In this document: piece after piece, positions 23,791 through 36,751 of the stretch | Layout: each line of letters opens with the position of its first letter | Numbering within the stretch: the first letter of the stretch is position 1 | Assembly: GCA_004431415.1 (NCBI GenBank) | Contig: QPMI01000399.1 | Coordinates: forward strand, 62,001-126,000 | From: Cyanophora paradoxa CCMP329 | Taxonomy: Eukaryota > Plantae > Glaucophyta | Direction of reading: 5' to 3' | DNA length: 64,000 nt | Made by a program: the position numbers and the translations under genes | Notes under the pieces: generated by a model | What the model was told of the DNA's origin: nothing | What the model saw: the letters and a program-made list of their open reading frames with translations, nothing else | Database searches by the model: none

Positions 23791-25904
23791 TATACGTATA
23801 CCCCTGTTCTCCTATACCTTGCCTCCAACCAGTACGTATATACCTGCACCACCCAAGAGTATCTGCACCGGTACCACCCCTGGATAGTTCTATACGAGCG
23901 CCGAATCTCACGAGCGCCAGGGAGCGGGGCAGGCAACCCCGCGGCCGGGGCCCGCCGGCCGATCGCGAGGGGAGCAACCCCGCCGCGGCCGGCCGACTCG
24001 GCAAGGGAGGGAAGGGGGATCTATAGAGGGTAGCAACGTTTTTGTTCGGTAACTTTTTGCCAGCTGCAAGCAGGCTCTCGATCTAGCGCTTGACCAACGG
24101 CTTTTGCCGATTTGGATCGCCGAACATGCTCCAGCTTCCCGACCAGCTGATCAGCGCTAGAGTTCTACCTCACCTGGAAGCCCTCGCGCTGCTTGCGCTT
24201 TCCCAGGTACGCTAATCTGCGTAGTTGTTCTACGCCACAGCAGAGGGTATGCACAGACATGCCGGCGCCTGCGCCGCATCGTGGATGATTCGGAGCCATG
24301 GGAAGATCACAACATTCCCATGTTAAACCTCTACCTAAGCGTGACGCCTGAGACCTCTCAAAAGCACAGTGCGCAAGTCCTCTACTTGGCAAAACGTCCT
24401 CAGAGCGCGCATCTCACTTCTCGCAGTCCTCAAGTTCGTTGCCTGCAGGTGCGGACACTAATCGTTCGCTCCCCTTCGCGGTCCGATGCAGTCCGCAGAA
24501 CTGTTTTTCTCCAGCAGAGATTGCGGAAATCGGCGGCCTCCGGCGACCTCGCACAGGCCGCGCGGGCCTTGGAGGGCGTCGCACAGGGCTTTCTTGAGCA
24601 AATCACGGACATTGTCGCGGAGGTCCACACCGCTCAGGTCGCGGCTGTGCCCCCACCACTTTCACCAGGGCTCTGCTTGGACAACGGGTGGTGCGGATTT
24701 GGCGACTGTTTCAGCCACGGGCGGGACACCTCCGAAAGCCCGTTGGCCTTGGCGCGCTGTGGAGAGGCGCTCGCTCAGCATCTGTCCGACGGGATCACGG
24801 CCCTAAACAGCCTTGGGGTTCGCATGAGGCGCTCTCATAAGTGTTGTGAGGAGCCTCAGGCACTCACCAGATGTTGTTCCGGACGATGTGGGGAGGGCAG
24901 GGCAAGCCCGCTTCAAACTCGAGCCACGCCACTTACGCTCTGGAGGAATTTTTTGTGCCCCCTCCCCCGCCCCCCCCTCCTTCCTCCTCCCCCTCCTTCC
25001 TCCCCCCCCCACCCTTACCCTCTCACACTCTCTACAGAGCTTCTTTGTGATTGCCGCAGAGCTATTCCTGCGAGCACTGGCACTCTGGGAGGCTGTTTGC
25101 TCCGAAGTCGCCTCCAAGGTGTGAAGCGTTCCGTGTAGTTCAAACTGGAGTATGGCTGATCTACGCACTCCTTTCCAGCTGCGTTGGGCCACCATCATTG
25201 GTCTTCTCCAACGGGCACAGTTGTGCTGCGAGGCTGTGCACTTCATCTCAAACGCCTTTCTTTCCTGAACTCTTTCTATCCCAAAGAACATCCAGCATGC
25301 ACACGATGCACTATGTCATGCTTACGACATAGCATGTGGGGATCCCACTGCGGCCAGCGCGGTCAGGGCGACCAGCGCAGAGCGATCCAAGCAATAGCGT
25401 ACAGCGATCTTCAAGGAGCCGATCGTCTACCCAGACCGGCCAGCAAGCCAGAGGCGCGCGATGGGAGTGTTCAAGCTCTGCGCGGTCCGTGAACGCGGCG
25501 CACGACCGGCAGCACAGCGGGAGGGATGAGCGGATCGGGAGGGATAAGCGATGTTGCGAGCCGCGGTGCGGGCGCGATGTCAGCCGCGGGCGCAGAGCTC
25601 GAGGAATTCACCTGTAGGCGCTCTCTCCCGACCGGCGCCCGGCCCGAAAGGCAACAGAACTGTGCTACTGCCTCGCGACTGCGTCTGCTGTGCGCTGCAG
25701 CTGCAGACTGCACTTTACGAGCAGCTGTGGGCCCCCGTTGCGTATACCCCCGCGGGTTTTTTTAGATCCGCGGTTCGAACGCGGCCCGAATTCGAATGCC
25801 AGCGCGAGTTAAGGCCTCGCGCGCGTTCGGGAGTTGAATACGCATCCGCGAACATTTTCGGGTGCCCGGCGGCTCACACTGCTAGCTCGAGCACGTAGAG
25901 GAGG

Positions 25905-26483
25905 CCGTTCCCGATCCAGCATAAGCCTGGCAAGTCTAATGCCGATGTGGATGCTCTTTCTCGCCTTGTGCGAGTAGCAGTTCTTTCCTTGGAAGCGATG
26001 GAATTTTCTTCTAATTTTTCGAGCGCTTTCTTGGATGCCATTGAGTTGCAATTGAGTTTGCCCCCGGCTCGCATTCACAATGAGCAAATAAATGATGTTA
26101 TTTTGGCGGATATGATTAAGTATTTGGAATCAGATATTACGATTGAACCACAAGGTGTCAACAAGGAGGCCGAACGCCAACTCAAGAGTGGCAAGTTTTC
26201 TGTGCAAGATGGCGTTCTCGTCCACACTCGGCCTTCGGACAAACTTGTGCGTATTTGCGTACCAGATCAACTAAAATCGATTATTCTGTCTTCGGTGCAC
26301 CGCATGCTCGGACATCCTGGCTCGGACATTTGTTTCTATATGCGCCGATTGCCAACGTGTCAAGAATTCCAAGACTGTTCAAGCGGTTCCTCAATTCGAG
26401 ATTCATGCTGACCGGCCGATGCAACACTTGGAAATTGACATCGTCGGGCCTTTTCCTAAATCGAAACAAGGCAACAAATATCT
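25905..26483 (+). pseudogene. Ty3/Gypsy RNase H end, integrase zinc-binding region and start of the core
   Basis: IQHKPGKSNADVDALSR, RICVP...HRMLGHPG, PTCQ, IDIVGPFPKSKQGNKYL. Confidence 0.9.
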
Positions 26484-29400
26484 CCTCGCCGAGTGTTTGG
26501 GGACTTGAGTGTTTCCTGGGTTCACTCCCTCTTCGCCCTGGTCAGCTTGAATTCCCGTTGGGCCCACAACAGGAGGTCAGGTGCACAAAAACACTTTCCA
26601 GGGGGAACATGCACGAGGTGCTAGCCTTAGGCAGGTGCACCCTGCCCTGCAGAGGCCCTCTAAGAGGCTCTGCCCTTCCAAGTGGGACCCCCGCCGAGTG
26701 TTTGGGGACTTGCATGTTTCCTGGGTTCACTCCCTCTTAGCCCTGGTCAGTTTGAATTCCCGTTGGGCCCACAACAGCAAGGTCAGGTGCACACAAACAC
26801 TTTCCAGGGGGAACATGCACAAGGCGCTAGCCTTAGGCAGGTGCACCCTGCCCAGCAGAGGCCCTGTAAGAAGTTCCATTGTTCCGAGTGGGACCCCCAC
26901 CGATTGTTTGGGGACTTGAGTGTTTCCTGGGTTCACTCCCTCTTAGCCCTGGTCAGTTTGAATTCCCGTTGGGCCCACAACAGGAGGTCAGGTGCACACA
27001 AACACTTTCCAGGGAGAACATGCACAAGGCGCTAGCCTTAGGCAGGTGCACCCTGCCCAGCAGAGGACTACTAAGAGGCTCTGCCCTTCCAAGTGGGAGC
27101 CCCATTGAGTGTTTGGGGACTTGAGTGTTTCCTGGGTTCACTCCTTCTTAGCCCTGGTCTGTTTGAATTCCTGTAGGGCCCACAACAGCAAGGTCCGGTG
27201 CACACAAACACTTTCCAGGGGGAACATGCACAAGGCGCTAGCCTTAGGCAGGTGCACCCTGCCCACCAGAGGCCCTCTAAGAGGCTCTGCCCTTCCAAGT
27301 GGGATCCTCGCCAAGTGTTTGGGGACTTGAATGTTTCCTGGGTTCACTTCTTCTTAGCCCTGGTCAGCTTGAATTCCCGTTGGGCCCACAACAGCAAGGT
27401 CAGGTGCACACAAACACTTTCCAGGGAGAACATGCACGAGGCGCTAGCCTTAGGCAGGTGCACCCTGCCCAGCAGAGGCCCTGTAAGAAGTTCCATTGTT
27501 CCGAGTGGGACCCCCACCAATTGTTTGGGGACTTGAGTGTTTCCTGGGTTCACTCCCTCTTAGCCCTGGTCAGTTTGAATTCCCGTTGGGCCCACAACAG
27601 CAAGGTCAGGTGCACACAAACACTTTCCAGGGGGAACATGCACAAGGCGCTAGCCTTAGGCAGTTTCACCCTGCCCACCAGAGGCCCTCTAAGAGGCTCT
27701 GCCCTTCCAAGTGGGATCCTCGCCGAGTGTTTGGGGACTTGAATGTTTCCTGGGTTCACTCCCTCTTAGCCCTGGTCAGCTTGAATTCCCGTTGGGCCCA
27801 CAACAGCAAGGTCAGGTGCACACAAACACTTTCCAGGGAGAACATGCACAAGGCGCTAGCCTTAGGCAGGTGCACCCTGCCCAGCAGAGGCCCTGTAAGA
27901 AGTTCCATTGTTCCGAGTGGGACCCCCACCGATTGTTTGGGGACTTGAGTGTTTCCTGGGTTCACTCCCTCTTAGCCCTGGTCAGTTTGAATTCCCGTTG
28001 GGCCCACAACAGCAAGGTCAGGTGCACACAAACACTTTCCAGGGGGAACATGCACAAGGCGCTAGCCTTAGGCAGGTGCACCCTGCCCAGCAGAGGCCCT
28101 GTAAGAAGTTCCATTGTTCCGAGTGAACCACCGATTGTTTGGGGACTTGAGTGTTTCCTGGGTTCACTCCCTCTTAGCCCTGGTCAGTTTGAATTCCCGT
28201 TGGGCCCACAACAGCAAGGTCAGGTGCACACAAACACTTTCCAGGGGGAACATGCACAAGGCGCTAGCCTTAGGCAGGTGCACCCTGCCCAGCAGAGGCC
28301 CTCTAAGAGGCTCTGCCCTTCCAAGTGGGATCCTCGCCGAGTGTTTGGGGACTTGAATGTTTCCTGGGTTCACTTCTTCTTAGCCCTGGTCAGCTTGAAT
28401 TCCCGTTGGGCCCACAACAGCAAGGTCAGGTGCACACAAACACTTTCCAGGGAGAACATGCACGAGGCGCTAGCCTTAGGCAGGTGCACCCTGCCCAGCA
28501 GAGGCCCTGTAAGAAGTTCCATTGTTCCGAGTGGGACCCCCACCGATTGTTTGGGGACTTGAGTGTTTCCTGGGTTCACTCCCTCTTAGCCCTGGTCAGT
28601 TTGAATTCCCGTTGGGCCCACAACAGCAAGGTCAGGTGAACACAAACACTTTCCAGGGAGAACATGCACAAGGCGCTAGCCTTAGGCAGGTGCACCCTGC
28701 CCTGCAGAGGCCCTCTAAGAGGCTCTGCCCTTCCGAGTGGGACCCCCACCGAGTGTTTGGGGACTTGAGTGTTTCCTGGGTTCACTCCTTCTTAGCCCTG
28801 GTCAGTTTGAATTCCCGTTGGGCCCACAACAGCAAGGTCAGGTGCACACAAACACTTTCCAGGGAGAACATGCACAAGGCGCTAGCCTTAGGCAGGTGCA
28901 CCCTGCCCAGCAGAGGCCCTGTAAGAAGTTCCATTGTTCCGAGTGAACCACCGATTGTTTGGGGACTTGAGTGTTTCCTGGGTTCACTCCCTCTTAGCCC
29001 TGGTCAGTTTGAATTCCCGTTGGGCCCACAACAGCAAGGTCAGGTGCACACAAACACTTTCCAGGGGGAACATGCACAAGGCGCTAGCCTTAGGCAGGTG
29101 CACCCTGCCCAGCAGAGGCCCTCTAAGAGGCTCTGCCCTTCCAAGTGGGATCCTCGCCGAGTGTTTGGGGACTTGAATGTTTCCTGGGTTCACTTCTTCT
29201 TAGCCCTGGTCAGCTTGAATTCCCGTTGGGCCCACAACAGCAAGGTCAGGTGCACACAAACACTTTCCAGGGAGAACATGCACGAGGCGCTAGCCTTAGG
29301 CAGGTGCACCCTGCCCAGCAGAGGCCCTGTAAGAAGTTCCATTGTTCCGAGTGGGACCCCCACCGATTGTTTGGGGACTTGAGTGTTTCCTGGGTTCACT

Positions 29401-32400
29401 CCCTCTTAGCCCTGGTAAGTTTGAATTCCCATCGGGCCCACAACAGGAGGTCAGGTGCACACAAACACTTTCCAGGGAGAACATGCACAAGGCGCTAGCC
29501 TTAGGCAGGTGCACCCTGCCCACCAGAGGCCCTCTAAGAGGCTCTGCCCTTCCAAGTGGGATCCTCGCCGAGTGTTTGGGGACTTGAATGTTTCCTGGGT
29601 TCACTTCTTCTTAGCCCTGGTCAGCTTGAATTCCCGTTGGGCCCACAACAGCAAGGTCAGGTGCACACAAACACTTTCCAGGGAGAACATGCACGAGGCG
29701 CTAGCCTTAGGCAGGTGCACCCTGCCCAGCAGAGGCCCTGTAAGAAGTTCCATTGTTCCGAGTGGGACCCCCACCGATTGTTTGGGGACTTGAGTGTTTC
29801 CTGGGTTCACTCCCTCTTAGCCCTGGTCAGTTTGAATTCCCGTCGGGCCCACAACAGGAAGTCAGGTGCACACAAACACTTTCCAGGGAGAACATGCACA
29901 AGGCGCTAGCCTTAGGCAGGTGCACCCAGCCCAGCAGAGGACTACTAAGAGGCTCTGCCCTTCCAAGTGGGAGCCCCATTGAGTGTTTGGGGACTTGAGT
30001 GTTTCCTGGGTTCACTCCCTCTTAGCCCTGGTCAGTTTGAATTCCCGTTGGGCCCACAACAGCAAGGTCAGGTGCACACAAACACTTTCCAGGGGGAACA
30101 TGCACAAGGCGCTAGCCTTAGGCAGGTGCACCCTGCCCAGCAGAGGCCCTGTAAGAAGTTCCATTGTTCCGAGTGGGACCCCCACGGATTGTTTGGGGAC
30201 TTGAGTGTTTCCTGGGTTCACTCCTTCTTTGCCCTGGTCTGTTTGAATTCCTGTAGGGCCCACAACAGCAAGGTCAGGTGCACACAAACACTTTCCAGGG
30301 GGAACATGCACAAGGCGCTAGCCTTAGGCAGGTGCACCCTGCCCACCAGAGGCCCTCTAAGAGGCTCTGCCCTTCCAAGTGGGATCCTCGCCGAGTGTTT
30401 GGGGACTTGAATGTTTCCTGGGTTCACTTCTTCTTAGCCCTGGTCAGCTTGAATTCCCGTTGGGCCCACAACAGCAAGGTCAGGTGCACACAAACACTTT
30501 CCAGGGAGAACATGCATGAGGCGCTAGCCTTAGGCAGGTGCACCCTGCCCAGCAGAGGCCCTGTAAGAAGTTCCATTGTTCCGAGTGGGACCCCCACCGA
30601 GTGTTTGGGGACTTGAGTGTTTCCTGGGTTCACTCCCTCTTAGCCCTGGTCAGTTTGAATTCCCGTTGGGCCCACAACAGCAAGGTCAGGTGCACACAAA
30701 CACTTTCCAGGGGGAACATGCACAAGGCGCTAGCCTTAGGCAGTTTCACCCTGCCCACCAGAGGCCCTCTAAGAGGCTCTGCCCTTCCGAGTGGGAGCCC
30801 CATTGAGTGTTTGGGGACTTGAGTGTTTCCTGGGTTCACTTCTTCTTAGCCCTGGTCAGCTTGAATTCCCGTTGGGCCCACAACAGCAAGGTCAGGTGCA
30901 CACAAACACTTTCCAGGGAGAACATGCACAAGGCGCTAGCCTTAGGCAGGTGCACCCTGCCCAGCAGAGGCCCTGTAAGAAGTTGCATTGTTCCGAGTGG
31001 GACCCCCACCGATTGTTTGGGGACTTGAGTGTTTCCTGGGTTCACTCCCTCTTAGCCCTGGTCAGTTTGAATTCCCGTTGGGCCCACAACAGCAAGGTCA
31101 GGTGCACACAAACACTTTCCAGGGGGAACATGCACAAGGCGCTAGCCTTAGGCAGGTGCACCCTGCCCTGCAGAGGCCCTCTAAGAGGCTCTGCCCTTCC
31201 GAGTGGGAGCCCCATTGAGTGTTTGGGGACTTGAGTGTTTCCTGGGTTCACTCCTTCTTAGCCCTGGTCAGCTTGAATTCCCGTCGGGCCCACAACAGCA
31301 AGGTCAGGTGCACACAAACACTTTCCAGGGGGAACATGCACAAGGTGCTAGCCTTAGGCAGGTGCACCCTGCCCAGCAGAGGACTACTAAGAGGCTCTGC
31401 CCTTCCAAGTGGGACCCCCACCGATTGTTTGGGGACTTGAGTGTTTCCTGGGTTCACTCCCTCTTAGCCCTGGTCATTCCCCCACGCGGGTGCATCTGCC
31501 TCCGCGCCCTCCAGCAGCTCTGCGCAACTTCTCACGGTCGGTTCGTGTTCTCTGTGCTCTATTTCCCGTCGTCTGGCTGCGCTCTGTGTCCCGCCGGCGT
31601 TCGCGCCCATTCTCCTGCCCGTCGCGGCTGTATACTTCATCTTCGATGCAACACGTCTGAAATGCGCCCTCTGACATGCCTACGTCACTCCGTCGCCTGG
31701 CGCCTTTTCCCGCTAACCGCTTCGTGGGTGTTAGACGTGGCTGCTCATTGCTTGCTCTCCTTCAGTGCGCATTGCATTTCTGCATCTTTGTGTCGTCCGG
31801 TAGCCTATTGTATTGCTAACAAGCCGATCTTTCCATCACCGTTGCTAATTGCTGCCTGCGCTTCGGCATAGTATTGTGTGCTTGCTCCGCATTGCCGCCA
31901 TCAGAGGCTGTTTTCCTTCCTCGACTCACCTCGCTTGCTCCGCATGCCGCTGTCGGACGCTGCCGCATACCTCCCTCGACTGACCTCAGACCCAGGCCCA
32001 GTAAGCGTTTTCGTCTTTCTGATCCTAAGTCTTATTTTTCTTCTGTTGGTATGGCCGATGCTGCTTTTAATGAGTAATCCTGGGTGACACTTGAGCTTGT
32101 GTCCTTCCTTTGCCCTGGGCAAACCCTGATACCCTCGGGCCGCCCGACAGGGAGCGGGCCGTCACGGGGATTCAGGCTCTTCCTCTGTGGCGCCGTCGGG
32201 TGTCCACATAGGTTGCCTTTTCATTCTGCTGGCGCCCTGGGGGTGGTGGCCCAGGGTCCTGTACGTGGCTTCCACTCACTCCCCACGCTAGTGGGTCCCT
32301 GACGGGCCTTGCACGTCCCATTCGGGGCCTCTGTGGCTTTGTCATACCCAGTCTTGCTGGCGTGGATGTGTCTACTGCATTTCTCTCTCTCTCTCTCTTA

Positions 32401-34094
32401 GCCCTGGTCAGTTTGAATTCCCGTTGGGCCCACAACAGCAAGGTCAGGTGCACACAAACACTTTCCAGGGGGAACATGCACAAGGCGCTAGCCTTAGGCA
32501 GGTGCACCCTGCCCAGCAGAGGCCCTCTAAGAGGCTCTGCCCTTCCAAGTGGGACCCCCACCTAGTGTTTGGGGACTTGAGTGTTTCCTGGGTTCACTCC
32601 TTCTTAGCCCTGGTCAGTTTGAATTCCCGTTGGGCCCACAACAGCAAGGTCAGGTGCACACAAACACTTTCCAGGGGGAACATGCACGAGGCGCTAGCCT
32701 TAGGCAGGTGCACCCTGCCCTGCAGAGGCCCTCTAAGAGGCTCTGCCCTTCCAAGTGGAATCCTCGCCGAGTGTTTGGGGACTTGCATGTTTCCTGGGTT
32801 CAATCCCTCTTAGCCCTGGTCAGTTTCAATTCCCGTCGGGCCCACAACAGCAAGGTCAGGTGCACACAAACACTTTCCAGGGAGAACATGCACAAGGCGC
32901 TAGCCTAAGGCAGGTGCACCCTGCCCACCAGAGGCCCTGTAAGAAGTTGCATTGTTCCGAGTGGGACCCCCACCGATTGTTTGGGGACTTGAGTGTTTCC
33001 TGGGTTCACTCCCTCTTAGCCCTGGTCAGTTTGAATTCCCGTTGGGCCCACAACAGCAAGGTCAGGTGCACACAAACACTTTCCAGGGGGAACATGCACA
33101 AGGCGCTAGCCTTAGGCAGGTGCACCCTGCCCAGCAGAGGACTACTAAGAGGCTCTGCCCTTCCAAGTGGGAGCCCCATTGAGTGTTTGGGGACTTGAGT
33201 GTTTCCTGGGTTCACTCCCTCTTAGCCCTGGTCAGTTTGAATTCCCGTTGGGCCCACAACAGCAAGGTCAGGTGCACACAAACACTTTCCAGGGAGAACA
33301 TGCATGAGGCGCTAGCCTTAGGCAGGTGCACCCTGCCCAGCAGAGGACTATTAAGAGGCTCTGCCCTTCCAACTGGGATCCCCACCAAGTGTTTGGGGAC
33401 TTGAGTGTTTCCTGGGTTCACTCCTTCTTAGCCCTGGTCTGTTTGAATTCCTGTAGGGCCCACAACAGCAAGGTCAGGTGCACACAAACACTTTCCATGG
33501 GGAACATGCACGAGGCGCTAGCCTTAGGTAGGTGCACCCTGCCCTGTAGAGGCCCTCTAAGAGGCTCTGCCCTTCCAAGTGGGATCCTCGCTGATTGTTT
33601 GGGGACTTGCATGTTTCCTGGGTTCACTCCCTCTTAGCCCTGGTCAGTTTCAATTCCCGTCGGGCCCACAACAGTAAGTCAGGTGCACACAAACACTTTC
33701 CAGGGAGAACATGCACAAGGCGCTAGCCTTAGGCAGGTGCACCCTGCCCAGCAGAGGCCCTGTAAGAAGTTCCATTGTTCCGAGTGGGACCCCCACCGAT
33801 TGTTTGGGGACTTGAGTGTTTCCTGGGTTCACTCCCTCTTAGCCCTGGTCAGTTTCAATTCCCGTCGGGCCCACAACAGTAAGTCAGGTGCACACAAACA
33901 CTTTCCATGGGGAACATGCACAAGGCGCTAGCCTTAGGCAGGTGCACCCTGCCCAGCAGAGGACTACTAAGAGGCTCTGCCCTTCCAAGTGGGACCCCCA
34001 CCGAGTGTTTGGGGACTTGAGTGTTTCCTGGGTTCACTCCTTCTTAGCCCTGGTCTGTTTGAATTCCTGTAGGGCCCACAACAGCAAGGTCAGG
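26484..34094 (+). repeat. 206-bp satellite array, about 32 monomers in two mostly alternating subtypes, interrupted at 31477-32394
   Basis: Period 205-206 throughout; subtypes ctctaagaggctctgccc and ctgtaagaagttccattg. Confidence 0.98.
31477..32394 (+). mobile_element. 918-bp 5'-truncated family-B' retroposon inserted in the satellite, with (CT)n tail and 16-bp TSD
   Basis: ctcttagccctggtca at 31461-31476 and 32395-32410. Confidence 0.95.
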
Positions 34095-34710
34095 ACGAAA
34101 TGAGCGCGCCCATCTCGTCTGCGGGGCGCGTCGGGGGGCGGAGGGCGAGGCGCGCGGGCGCCGGGAAGCCGGAGCCGGCGGACCGTGCAGGGCCACCTCG
34201 AGGGCGCTGGGCCTTGGCGACGGCGTTGAGCGCGGCACGCGCGGCGCGTCGATGTCCACGCGGAAGGGCACGATCTTGGACTGCGCGGGGCGCGCTCGGC
34301 GGGGGCGACGCGGCCCGGGCGAGCACGCCGACCTGGTTGCCCCCGATGAAGAAGGGCTCTGCCGCAGCGCAGGAATCGTCAGCTCGTTCGAGGCGCGTGG
34401 CAGCGACCGCGGGGCAGTGCCGACCTCCGGTCTGCCCGTGGATGTGCTCTGTGAGGAGCGTGGCCCGCAGGCGGGTGCCGCAGCTCAGGATGCGCTCCCC
34501 CGCGACCGCGTACATGTGCGATGGCGCAGATGCGTGCGTCGAGCGCTGATCGCTGATCTCGGGCGCCGTGGAGCATGGGCGTCGGACCATAGCTATGTCA
34601 GGCTAGCTAGGCCCGCGCTGGCCCGGCGGCCCTAATTCAGCCAGCTGCGGCGGGTCAGGAACGAGACCGAGACTGTGACGGGCCGTTTTACCCGTGTAGC
34701 CGTCTAGCAT

Positions 34711-35069
34711 TCACGACGGATCCTGATTCCAGGACGCCAGCGAATACGCCGCTTGCCTTACAGTACGTCCTTGGGGCGCAGGTTGACAAAGCCGAGACCT
34801 GGGCATTTGCGTGCAGGTAGCTAGATTCGTCACAGCGTATGGCTAAGACCTGGTCTTTTGCGCGCAGGTAGCTAGCCTCCTAGATTCGTCGAGACATCTT
34901 TGCTTCCGCGACTAACTTCGCGCGGTGCGCGCCCTCCAACGGAGTTCATGGGCTTTCTGTTCGCAGATGGAGTGCCGGCGCCTCCACGACGGATCCCGAA
35001 TCCAGGACGCCAGCGAATACGCCGCTTGCCTTACTGTACGTCCTTGGGGCGCAGGTTGACAACGCCGAG
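34711..35069 (-). repeat. Inverted copy of the sub-repeated block at about 38197-38542, probably a DNA-transposon subterminal region
   Basis: tcacgacggatcctgattccaggacgcc... is the reverse complement of ...ggcgtcctggaatcaggatccgtcgtga; internal repetition of about 265 bp. Confidence 0.85.
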
Positions 35070-35099
35070 ATCTAGAGGCGTCTGTGGCCGCACTCAGAG

Positions 35100-35910
35100 A
35101 TGGCACGACCTCCGGATCTTTGCAGGAACTTTAAGGTGCACGGTCTACAACAGTATGTATGTACTTGCTGCGAGCAGATGGAGTGACCCCACGGCGGATT
35201 TCAAAACTTGACGTATGCCATCGCATCGATATAAAGTCTGGTTAACATCGCGTCTTGGAGCGCAGGTCATGGCCAGTAACGTTGCTAATGCTTTCCGCTC
35301 ATTCGCATACTTGCTTCTGCATTCATGTTTGCATTCTCCCTGCACACATTCGTTTCTGGGTTTCGATCCGTATACAATATTGTGGCTGTTTAGGGCTGCA
35401 GGACCCCTTTAATTGCCCGATACGGATTCTTGAACTGACACTTGATCAAAGCGAACGCAGGTGGCTCGCGATCCAGTCGGAGGAAAGGCCTTGACCAAAC
35501 GACAAGTCGAAAACCTCAAGCGAGATGTTCTTGCTGCCGTGGACTTTAAGAACAGGATTGCGGCAGGCATTGTAAACAAGATCGTAGGCCGCTTTGCGAT
35601 TACGCAAGTTACGGCTTTATCTGATATTCATGCGCAGTACAAGCCCTGTATCATCTTGCTCCAGTTAAGTGTTGCAAGGCGCACGCATGGGACTCCGGCG
35701 GACAACGAGCCAGCTTACTGGATGGAGAGCATGGCTGTTGAGCAGCGATTGATATTCGGGCTCGAAGAGGTTGTCAGCGGTCGGCGCCGGACGCACTGGA
35801 ACAAGACGACGAACACTGACCTGGTTCCGGCATTCCGCGGGTACTACGCGGAAGGTCATGTGCACCGTGAGTGCACAGGTGCCATGTGGTCCAGGCCATG
35901 CAAGTGGTTC
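35100..35910 (+). pseudogene. Possible C-terminal fragment of a CACTA/En-Spm-like transposase
   Basis: MPSHRYKVWL and HGTP...YWMES loosely resemble the KSHD and GP...W/Y..E motifs of the CACTA downstream region; apparently spliced. Confidence 0.35.
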
Positions 35911-36421
35911 TGATCATGAATTTCCGCAGAGCTCAGCAGCCTGGACATGGAGCGTGTGATTGCAACCGGCCCACGGGGGGCTGGAGGAGGGCCCGCCGGT
36001 CGAGCATGAGACCGCCCGGGCCGCCGCCGCCCCGGGCGCGGAGCCGCTGAGCTGCGGGGCTTGGAGCCGCTGAGCTGTGGGGGTTGAAGCTAGTGCGCCG
36101 AGGAGGGGCGATGTCGGTGAGGGAGGGGGCGGGGGAGTGTGATCGGGAGCTTCGAGGTTCGGCGGATAGAAGGGGCAACCTGTCGAGAAGAAAGGCCGGG
36201 AAGCCCGCGAGCTCGGGCCCGGGGGGGTGCGGGCGGCTGGCGAGAGGGCGGGCGCGAACGAAGCCGGGGGCGGGGCGGGGCGGGAGGGAGTTCAGACTCA
36301 GAGGAAAAGAAGCGAGGGCGCGCCTGTGGGGGACACGGAGCGGGACGTAAACGTAACCACGCAGCTGTAGGGGGTACCCGACGCCTGCGCACCGCGCGCG
36401 CGGGGGTCAGCCACGAGGCGG

Positions 36422-36751
36422 TTTTTTACAAATGAATTCGCACACACCGAGACAAATGGCTAGGGATATGACTGCAGTGTCCATCTGTGTCAAGTCGAGA
36501 GATGAGCCTACGGGAACAAGCCTTTCGGACATCGGACCGGGTGGAGCTATTGTACTGGAGAAAGGGGCCTATACCTGCCTAGAAACACTGCCTACACCTG
36601 CCTAGAGAGCCGAAGCAGAGCAGAGCTACTATAACCCCCCTCAGGACAAGGGCGCCTACAGAGAGGACCGATGTATAAGCGAGGATGAGGTCGAAGCGGC
36701 TGAGCCTGAACTATAGCCCTCAATTTGGCAGGGAAGAAGCGCACTAAGAGA
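36422..36751 (-). mobile_element. 330-bp 5'-truncated family-C LINE 3' end with 18-bp TSD
   Basis: TSD gggtcagccacgaggcgg at 36404-36421 and 36752-36769; about 36432-36548 matches the reverse complement of 56110-56226. Confidence 0.92.

Noticed and set aside
24281-25880. Host protein-coding gene
   Set aside because: Some segments look protein-like, but I could not build a consistent exon chain or recognise a domain.
26484-34094. CRISPR-like array, or protein-coding repeats (many 69-aa ORFs)
   Set aside because: Monomers are contiguous with no unique spacers and no cas genes; the ORFs are by-products of a 206-bp period that shifts frame each unit.
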